Shown: piece by piece, positions 35,777 through 64,000 of the stretch | Position numbering within the stretch: the first letter of the stretch is position 1 | Layout of the letters: every line of letters starts with the position of its first letter | NCBI GenBank assembly: GCA_012295275.1 | Contig: CM022671.1 | Coordinates: 4,774,001 to 4,838,000, forward strand | Length of the DNA: 64,000 nucleotides | Direction: 5' to 3' | From: Chrysomallon squamiferum | Lineage: Eukaryota > Animalia > Mollusca | Translations under genes and position numbers: made by a program | The notes under the pieces: generated by a model | Seen by the model: only the letters and a program-made list of their open reading frames with translations | Told to the model about the DNA's origin: nothing | Database searches by the model: none

Positions 35777-38232
35777 ACATTTTTCTGTGATTTCTTCTTT
35801 TCACTGAGGACTCGGGGAATCACAGATTTCTGAAAGATTGTTTGTGTGTTAAAAAGAAATGAGTTAAAAGTGAATCATCAGTTATAAATCCAGGCTAGAC
35901 TGTTTGAACTAATTTCTGAATGCATTATTTCCAAAAAAAGTTGTTAATCATTATATCATTGTGATCATAGGATCAGAACAGTGCATTCATATTTTCACTC
36001 CATTCATCATTTTCATGGATATTTTGCAGAAAGGTATATATACTGTTTATCATCTTGTGTTTTAGTGAAAATTAAAAATCATTTCTTTGATTATTTAATG
36101 TTTGAAGAAGAAAATTAGGTTATGTGTTTTGTTAGTGTTTCAGAAATTTGGCAGTTTGATGTTTTTTATAAAACAAATACCAAGTAAAAAGTGTAAGTTT
36201 TCTATTGGTGAAAATGGTGCACTTATTTATTAACATTTAAAAAAATATATATCTATAAAAAAATTAAAATTCCATATAAATTGGATTAAATATGTATGAA
36301 ATTTGTTTCAAAATTGTTGAATATTATTCGGTGACTGCAAATAAAAAGTGAAATTAAATGGCTGAAAAGGGTAGACAGTGTTTTCATTATTTTGGAAAAA
36401 AAACATGACCTAAATGAAAAGTCAAATTGTGTTCTAAATGGATGGGAGGATTTATGATGTATGTATCATGCTGTTTACAAAGAAATTTTATTAACTGAGT
36501 TTGATTTATGAAAAGGAAAATGTAACTGACACAGTTTCAGTGGAAAAGGGTTTTAAAAACATATTTTAACTTTAAATTGTCAAAACAATAAATTATGAAC
36601 ATGGATTACATATTTGTACTGTTGTTTGAATGCAGTAAATTTCAAAGTAACATGACAAAACATTGCATGAGAAACAGTGAATAAAAAGACATGAAAAAAC
36701 TGATTGTAAGAAAATATTTGTTTTCAAAGTTCTTTGATGTGAACATTAAGCAGACTTGGTTTTACTTCAAAGCTGTTTGAAAATGATAAAAATCTTGCTG
36801 AACTTATTCAATGTTTAATGAAATCTGGAAATTTACTTTGAATGCAACAAGTTTTCTTTTATTATGTTTGTTTTAATTTGAATTCACATAAATGATAAAA
36901 TATGCTTTTTAGAATTTAGTTTAAGAATGTTTTTTTTTTTTTCATAATTTGTCAAGGTTGATATTGTAAAACAAATTTAATTTAGAAAAAAAATGAACTT
37001 GGTGGTTTGTTGAAAGCAGGATTCCTGCACAACTGTAAATTACATTTTTATTACATCCATATTTAAGAATTTACAGAATGGATTAAGGTGTTAAGATTGC
37101 AAAATCTGTTGATGATCATAGGTAAAATACAGATATGAATTTTTTTATTATTATTATGATTTATCTATTTATTTTTTAATTATTGTTATTTGTTTACTTA
37201 AATCTGAATGACTGTAATGAAATATTTTTCACATTATATTTGAAATGAAATAAAATAAATTAAAAAAACAAATAGCTTTGAAATTTTGTTTTATATTTCT
37301 ATACCTTATCTTTTGCAATCATTATTATTTTTTTTTTTTTTATTTTAACCACAAGTAGTTTTAGTCCAATTTTATACTAATTTGTCAAACCGTGATTAAC
37401 AATTTCATAACTATGCTGATACATACACTAATAAATGTAGTATCATTTGATACTGATAAACTTAGTAGCTATTTCACAAACATTTAACATAGAACTGTGT
37501 ACAAACAGTTCATTTAATAATTGCTTTTATCTGTTTTTTATAACCATGATTAACAATTTGAGTTTTGTTTAAAGATACTACGATATGTTTGGTTAAATTA
37601 GTTGACAAAACTGACAGACAACTTCATTCCTTACATAAGCCTCAAGTATCTTGTAGCCCATGAAATTACCTGTTTTTTTCTTTCGCTGTTACATACAGCA
37701 GCCTGTAATTGGTTTGCCTGGGATCCTATAATGCTATTATGATTGCATTGAATGGCTTTTATACAGAACTAATTTACCCATTAAAGATGCCAAGTACAAA
37801 AAAGCCCAGTGAGCGATTTTTTGTTATTTTGGGGGTTTTTTTTTTTGTTACATATACAGATGGACAGTGAAGTGATCTAGGTAAAAAAAATACTTAGAAA
37901 TCCCCTTCAATCCCCTTACAATAAAAGAAACATTTTTATACATTTCCAATATTTTTTGAAAACATAAATCTAATATTTATATTCTGTTAGCAATTAATTC
38001 TTAGTCAAAGGATAAATTAAAAATTGGTGATTGTTCTATCAAAATGATTACATCTTTGGTCTGAAAATTTAAGATTTTTATAGATACATGTACACTGGTG
38101 GATATTTTATGTAAATGTTCATGTCAATGTGAGACATGAAAATATAAAAAAAAATTAACAAGTAAATTCTTTTTTATTTTTTTTTTTTTCCTAGGTAGAC
38201 AACTGCTTCATAAATTTATTTATTATTATTCT

Positions 38233-38269
<37 letters not shown>

Positions 38270-38510
38270 CAATAAAATGTGAATAAGTAACATTTCTTTT
38301 CCCCTTGATATAAATATGAGAATCATATAACACCATGAACACATTAATAAGTAATCCATTCAACAAACAAAAAACAACATTCAATTCAGATTAGTAACTT
38401 TAATATAAAACTGTTACATACTTACAGTATATTAACATAGCAGCCAAAAATACATCTGCAAGCATAATCATGGCACAACCCTTTTTCTGACCTGATATAT
38501 TGTGACTGGG

Positions 38511-38559
38511 CTGAATTTCTTGTCCAAGTTTCTTTAATGTTTATTCATAATTATTATTT

Positions 38560-38605
<46 letters not shown>

Positions 38606-38858
38606 TTATTAATTAATTTTTTTATTATTTTTTCATAAAAGAAACTTTGTATGCAATGCATTTGTTACATTTTATTATTTATTTATATTATTTCATTTTA
38701 TTTTAATTAATTTGTTTTTTTTTTCATTTTATTTCAATTATTTTTTCTAATTATTTCATTTTATAATTTATTTTAATTCATTAATTAATTTATTTACTTA
38801 AAATTACATAATAATAATAATAATAATAATAATAATAGTATTTGGACAAGAAATTCAG
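38511..38858. repeat. 17-bp perfect inverted repeat enclosing ~315 bp of AT-rich sequence
   Basis: CTGAATTTCTTGTCCAA (38511-38527) and TTGGACAAGAAATTCAG (38842-38858). Confidence 0.7.
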
Positions 38859-39149
38859 GTTTAATTTGGGTTCCTGTTAAAAAATAATTGTAAAATCACC
38901 TGTAAACCAGCACCTTTTTATATAATTGTTTTTTAACATAACTATTTAATAAAAGTTATTGTTCTGTAATGTATAATTATTGTATAATACATATCATTAT
39001 TATTACTATTGTTAATGTAGTGTGTATAACTATTTTCTAAAATGTATTATTTTGTAAAGTATAATTATTGTATAAAATGTATAATCTAAAGAATTTCTAA
39101 GTTGTAAAAACACTCATTGGTAAATGTAAATTTCACCTGAGTTGTTGTT

Positions 39150-39790
39150 TAATAAAAACACAAGATACAACAGCTGAATTGTAGATTTTTAGCTGAAAGA
39201 CAACACTGTTTGAAAGTTTAGTAACACCTGAGATTGTTTAATAGTCTGATACAAAAAGATACAACAGAAACAAACAGTTTGATACTATAAAGAATTAACT
39301 CTAGTTTGATACTATAAAGATACAACAGGATACAACATTATAAAGCTGAAAAAATCAACACTTTGTTTGAATACAACAGAAATCATAAAGTTTGAAACCG
39401 TAAAGAAATAACAATGCAGATACTAAAAGATACAACAGAAATCATAACTAGTTTGATACTATAAAGATACAACAGAAATCATAACTCTAGTTTGATCTAT
39501 AAAGATACAATATACATTGTAATAAACATAAATTTGATACATCCAGAGAAACTAACTAAATAATATTAAAAGATGTAACAATAGATACTACCAGATGGGT
39601 ACAACACCAGCACCATACTATAACAGGATACAGTTTCATTTGGATACTACATAATACAAATCAGCTGTAGAAAAAAGTATGATACCAATTCCCTAACATA
39701 AAGATACTTAACAACTGATACAACTATAATTCAACAGTAAAATAGATTATAATATTAGATTGTACTGGAAGATAGGATACAATAATAAGG
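39150..39790. repeat. Degenerate ~37-40-bp minisatellite
   Basis: Recurrent AAAGATACAACAGAAATCATAACT(CT)AGTTTGATACTAT. Confidence 0.8.
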
Positions 39791-41549
39791 GTATTTTATT
39801 TCAAAAATAACAAAAACCAGGTGAAGTCATAACCAGACAATAATAAACATTAAATTTGATCAAAATAACAAACAAACAATAAGAAATATATGATTAAAGA
39901 AAACAATTTAAAAAAATGTTTAAGCAGGTCATAGCACTAACTGGGTATGTTAAAAATAAATTTAAAAAAAGACAGAGCACAAGATTGAGGTACAATTTCA
40001 AAAAAAAAAAAAAAAAAAAAAAAAAATGCCCAAAACAAGAACAAGGCACTGAAGATGAAGTAACATTAACAGGTAAATTATTATTCTACTATTTCAGTAA
40101 ATATTATATGTTGTAAATTATTATGTTCAATATATAAATTATGTTTGGCTCCAGCAGTTTTAAGTAGTATGTAAAAGTTAGGGGGGGGTGTTTGTTTGGT
40201 AAAATAACAAATATATTTATTCCTATTTTCTTTTTTCATGGACTGTCTTTATATCTTTCTATGTCCTAGTCTCTCAGAGTCAGAATCATTGTCTGTCCAT
40301 TTTTTTCTCTCTGTCATTTTAAAACACATAAAAACAATGAGATTATTCAGATATTTATATATATATTTTAAATAATAAAAAAGAATTTTTCATTATTCGT
40401 AGCAAAATTTGTAAAATAAATAATTTCTATTTAAAGAACTTTTTTCATTAAAACAGACAATTTTCCATGCAGTAATAAGGATTACAATTATGAATGTTAA
40501 CTTGAAAAATCTATAACAATAATATATGCATTTTAATATTTTAAAATATATTTGTTTGTGTTCTTAAGGCACTGACTGAATATAAAATAGATAATACTAG
40601 TAACTTGAAACATTCATGTGTGTGTTTGTGTGTGTGTGTGTGTGTGTGAATAAAAAAGTTATTAAACTTTTGTTAAAATATTGCAAAAGTAAGCAATGTG
40701 GTTATTTAAATAAAACTGAGATTAAAAATAAATGACTAAAAATATGTAGATATAAAAAAGTAAATAAACAGTGATTAACAAAGTTTAGCATCCAGGCTAG
40801 AAAAACAACATCATATATTTTTATATGTGTGTGCATGCATGCATGTGCACGTGCAAACATGTCTGGACATAAACATATACAATACTACAATATAATATAA
40901 TAATATTCCATCACAACTGAAGCATATTTCAAATCATAATTAACTGATAATAACAATCATAAAAACTGACAACAATTTTCATTTGCTATAACAATTATTT
41001 TCAGAAACGAAAATATTCATGTTATCTGTCAAGGCTAACTTATCAATAATCTCTGATTAGTAATAATAAAGCTCTTTAATAAACTGGTTAACAAGGTCAT
41101 TTTTTAAATCCATTACCTATCCATGCAATGATGGAAAAAAATATATATAATATGTTGTTGTCATGATTATTATAAGTTTAACAGGTCTAGGCAAAAGAAA
41201 AAAATTGGATCTGATGATCTGTTTTAATATTAATACTGCCAGTAATGCTCCCTGATCTGATACAGTACAATACTTCCATTCAAATGTAATCTTCCTTCAT
41301 AGAGTGATTTCCCTTGAAACTGTTCCATCTCTATTCATGGTTTTTCTCTTCTTAGAGTGATCTCCCTTATAACAGTAAAAATAATGCCAGCGATCTTCCT
41401 TATAAATTGTTATCTTAGAGTGATCTCCCTTTTTATGCGAATTTCTCATTTATCAGAGTTATCTTTCTTAACTGACTGTTCTCTTCCTGTCTCTTGGCAG
41501 ACATATTGAAGTTGTCTTGAGTAATACTATTAGGAAGGGTGTAGATGTT

Positions 41550-56697
<15,148 letters not shown>

Positions 56698-57562
56698 GTC
56701 GCGATTCTGTTGACACAAGAAAAGGGTTTCCTTTTCTATTTATATCTCAGGACAGGTTCATTGTTTAGAAGGGAGAGGAATATTGCGATTGGTATATCCC
56801 GATATTTAATCATGTTAAAAGTAAATAATAAAAATAATAAAATAAAGTGGTTTAATTTCTTTTGATACACGAACGTTTTGGAAAACAAATCACTAATTTC
56901 TAATAACCATTAATGACGTTAGTAAGTCAGTATTTATTTTAATTTTATTATTACTTTTTATTTTTATTTATTTTATTTGATTTTACATTTCTATATGATA
57001 TGTTATATTCACATATGTATGTGTGTATGTGTTTGTATGTGTGTGTGTGCGTAATCTCCACCAGTGTCCCCAGACTTATCATTCTCATAATTAAAATTTA
57101 TTATTATCAAAGGATAGTCTTCAGTGACAAAAAAATAATTATCTGAATGATTTTTGAATGCTTATTTAACAAAATAATAAAACTTACGATTATTTGATGT
57201 AAGATACAATGTTTTGTTTTATTTATTTGTTTTATTGTTTTTGTTGTTGTTATCGCCGTTGTCGTTGTGGTTGTTGTGGTGGTTCTGGTGCTGGTGCTGA
57301 AGATAGTTATGGTCTTGGGAATGGTAGTGGTGTGTACATGTAAATAAAAGATATGAAACCCACTGCCGCAACTTCTTTTATCTATTAGCAATAAGAAGCA
57401 GTTTATGTGCGCCCTCCCCGAAACGTGAACTGATAAACCAAACGAAGTGACCCGAGTTGGGACGGAAAATAACTCAGTAGATGCACTGAACAAATTATTT
57501 GGAAATATACTGAAATTATTTATTACTCGTTGCGAAACATAATAATAATAATAATAATAATA

Positions 57563-57634
<72 letters not shown>

Positions 57635-57680
57635 AACGAAATAGCAATGATATAGCAGGAACAATTGAAACAGATTAGTC

Positions 57681-57742
<62 letters not shown>

Positions 57743-58915
57743 CATTATTTATTTATTTTATTTTATTTCATTTCTTCAAAATTATAACAACAGCAAATAA
57801 ACATACCATATATTCCTTAATTATCTTATTTATGATATACATATAACGTTATTTTTTTGCGTTTCCATGAGCAATTATTTTAATTTAAAATTCATGTCTT
57901 TATTTTGATACCATGAATTTTTTACTTTTAATATGTGTTTAATTTCATTGTCTTGATAAAATAGAATTTATAACTATTTTCTGTTTCCATTATGATTATG
58001 GTCAGTATCAAATCGTCTACGATTTCTTTTATTATCATCATCATCAACTTCATCATCATTACCATCATCATCTTTATTATCATTTCATAATTTTCATCGT
58101 CGTCATCATCGTTATAACCCTGCTTGTATTCAGTGATAGAACTGGCGACATTGGTAAATGACAAGCATTTTGTAGTAGTAGCGAATATTGTTGTTGTAGT
58201 TGTTGCTGTTGTATAATATTAGTCGTAGTAGTAAAAATAAAAGAATTACTTATGCTATCAGTAGTAGTAGTATTGGTAGTGGTAGTGATAGTAGTAGTAA
58301 TAGTAATAATAGTAGTCGTAGTAATACTAATTATAGTGTTTTAATTAGTGCTAGTAGTAATGGAAATGATACATGACGTATATACGGCAGCAGCAGCAGC
58401 AGCAGTAGTTGTTGTAGTAGTAGTAGTAGTAGTTGTTGTTGTTGTTGTTGTTGTAGCTGCAGGGTGTTGGTAGAATAAAACCACAATATTTCTTCTGAAA
58501 TATACGTCATCTCGTTGACTGTCAAAATAACGTCAGAACAACCCCTAGCTACACAAAGACGTCTTATCGTAGGTTACATAACCTCGAACAGAAGCACGTA
58601 AGAGATTGATGTCGGACAGACAGACACACTGACGTAGAGCACTCTTCTGACCACTTGTCATTAATTAAAACAGTCTCTGTGGTGACGTGTGACAAGGTTT
58701 AACCAAGTTCAACGTCATCGCAAATGTAAAAAGCTGCTAGGGGTGGTCCTGAATTCCTGTTTAGTGGAGGGTAAAAGTCTGGCGCAGTGCACTGCTCTTC
58801 AAGATGATTTTGTCAAATAAATTTTTGAATGATAATTTTAAAAAGTGAAAAGTTATTTGTTTGATTATCTATTTATTCTTTTTTCTTCCTTCTTTATATA
58901 TATATATATATATTC

Positions 58916-58983
<68 letters not shown>

Positions 58984-59466
58984 CTTATTTATTTATTTAT
59001 CAGTTTACGTATTTGTTTTATTTTATATTTATTTTATTTTTTTTATTTTTTTATTTCATTTTATTTTATTTTAATAATTATTGTTATTATTTTTTTTTTT
59101 TACTATTATTTACGATAATTTTATTATTATTACTTCTTTTTTTTTTTTTTTTTTTTTTATTTTAGGAGGTTTTGTTGTAGTGAAGATTTTACACAGGGTC
59201 GCTGAATCTCATATACCCCCCACCACCACCACCCATCCCCATTCACCGTCTCTCAACATCCACCATATTTGTCTTCTCAAACTCTGGTCGTATTCTCCAA
59301 ACATCAGTTACGTTTAAGACGCAAAACAAAGACAGTGAACGATTGCTTCTTTCTGCTAATTTATTGCTTGTCTAAATTTAGGATTCATTTTACAAGAGAT
59401 ATTTCGGCTATAAAGGACACACGGATAGACAGAAATCATTTTAGCTTCAATTTCAGCGAAATAATT

Positions 59467-62079
<2,613 letters not shown>

Positions 62080-63348
62080 ACTTATGGACAGTTCAAAATG
62101 GTGAAACATTTATTCATTCCTATATTAATAAATGCATATACAGATAAACACAACACATACATACACACACAAACAAATACCTATATTCACGCATACATAC
62201 ATACATACATACATATACATACATACATACATACATATACATACATACATAAATACATACGCACACAGACATACATACAGACAGACTGAGAGACAGAAAG
62301 ACAGAGACAGATATTACGTAATTAAAAAATCCTGCAGCTCGTAATACGGACATACTATTACACAAAGACAGTTTATTGCATTTAAATATTACTAAGATAA
62401 GTTAAACATAGGATAAAAAAAAAAAAAAAAAAAAAATTAGCCTTAAGTGTATAGATAAACGAATAAATAAATAAACGAACAAATAAATATAAAAAAGAAT
62501 AATAATAATTCAATAAAGTAATGCATAAATCAATAAATTAATTAATTATTAAAATAAAATAATACAGCTAACTTTTCGAAATTTCACATCGCTAAACATT
62601 TATCTTTGAACAACAATGATGTTTCGACATCACGTGATCGTAACCTGTCGCTTAGAACATACAAAAGTACTATCTTCGCCATGTTTACTTCAAACAAAAA
62701 TAAATTTTTAATTTTTATATTTCTGTGAAATCTTTTTAATGAAATATTAATGTTTTGAAGGTTTGATTTACTTTCAGTGTATTAATTTTTTGAAAAGAGG
62801 TATATATTACTTCGCCGATGTGATAAATTATTTATTCGAATTTTGTTTTTCTTTCGGTACGGTATGAAATGAAATAATAGTAATTTTTTAGCGTAAAAGA
62901 TACATCTTCCAGTTGATTTTTTTTTTTTTTTTTTTTTTTTTTTCATTTATTTATTTATTGATTTTTTTTATGTCGTTATTATTTAACAAGGAAAATCATA
63001 TCACTATTATAACGACAACATAATCCATAGAATTTGATTTATTTTATATTCGCACTTTCACTAAAATAGGATTGTTGCATTGTACTATAACTGCTACTAC
63101 TACTATTGCTATTATTACTACTATCGCAAATGTAACAACTAGTTCTATTGTTATTATTTACATATTATCATTATTATTATTACCACTAATACTACTACTA
63201 CTACTACTACTACAACTACCACTACTACTACTACTTTACTACTACTACAACTGTTTATTTATTTATTGACTTATGTTTTTAATAAATTTACTTTTTATTT
63301 ATTTATTTATTTATTTCACTTTTTTTTATTAATTAATTTATTTACTTT

Positions 63349-63391
<43 letters not shown>

Positions 63392-63812
63392 TTACTTTCT
63401 TTTCTGTAATTTATTCATTTATTCATGCATATTTTGGATATATTTAGACTTATTATTTGATGTTGACCCGTTAATGAGATTGTTTTTTTTTTTGTATTTT
63501 TTTTCTTAAATGAAAAATGAATTGAGTTTAATAATAAAATTTACCTTGCATGTTAGATTTAACAAGTGTTTGATACAGAACAGCTGGTGACAGAACTAAC
63601 AAAAGTTCGTCTGCGATGACGTAAAACAAAAAACAGCAGACGAACTAATTGCATTGCGTACATTGTGGGTATTAATAGTAACACTTTGTAAGTTTAATGC
63701 GTGATGACGTACTGTATGATACATTTTAAATGAAAGTCATCAAATTAATATTGATTTCATCGTAACCGGATTATGTTTTAATATTCATAAAAATTAGAAT
63801 TTAAAGTTTTAT

Positions 63813-63872
<60 letters not shown>

Positions 63873-64000
63873 AACAACAACAATAATTTGTTAATTTGAT
63901 TTAGTTATCTATTTATTTATTTATTGTTTTTCTTTCTTTTTTTTTTTTTTTTTTGTTGATAAAACAATAAACAAAAAATTACAAAAAAGTATTCATTAAT

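Noticed and set aside
40250-40312. Possible alternative last exon of the glycosidase (WTDNDSDSERL)
   Set aside because: Short, with a weak acceptor and no homology; the gene already has a complete terminal exon.

Overview
AT-rich, microsatellite-dense animal genomic DNA, probably molluscan (inferred from repeat content only). It holds four intron-rich genes: a 12-exon SEC14L2-like CRAL-TRIO/GOLD gene (-, 1744-10878); head-to-head with it, a ~42-coding-exon PRPF8 gene (+, 12665-35776); an 18-exon YMR196W/MGH1-like (GH63-type) glycosidase gene (-, 41550-56697); and a small secreted, possibly BRICHOS-like gene (+, from 59467). The most striking unexplained pattern is that splice acceptors have been tandemly amplified. 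Four arrays and one single duplication copy the intron end plus the first bases of an exon, up to ~28 times, in both PRPF8 and the glycosidase. In the three intact arrays the coding exon follows the last copy. Upstream copies give immediate stops in three arrays and in-frame 10-aa insertions in the fourth. There is also a nested transposon insertion (satellite > TIR element > Tigger-like MITE), a long intronic hairpin, SINE relics, and two coding lesions that are probably assembly errors. All exon coordinates were read by eye, with no database search.
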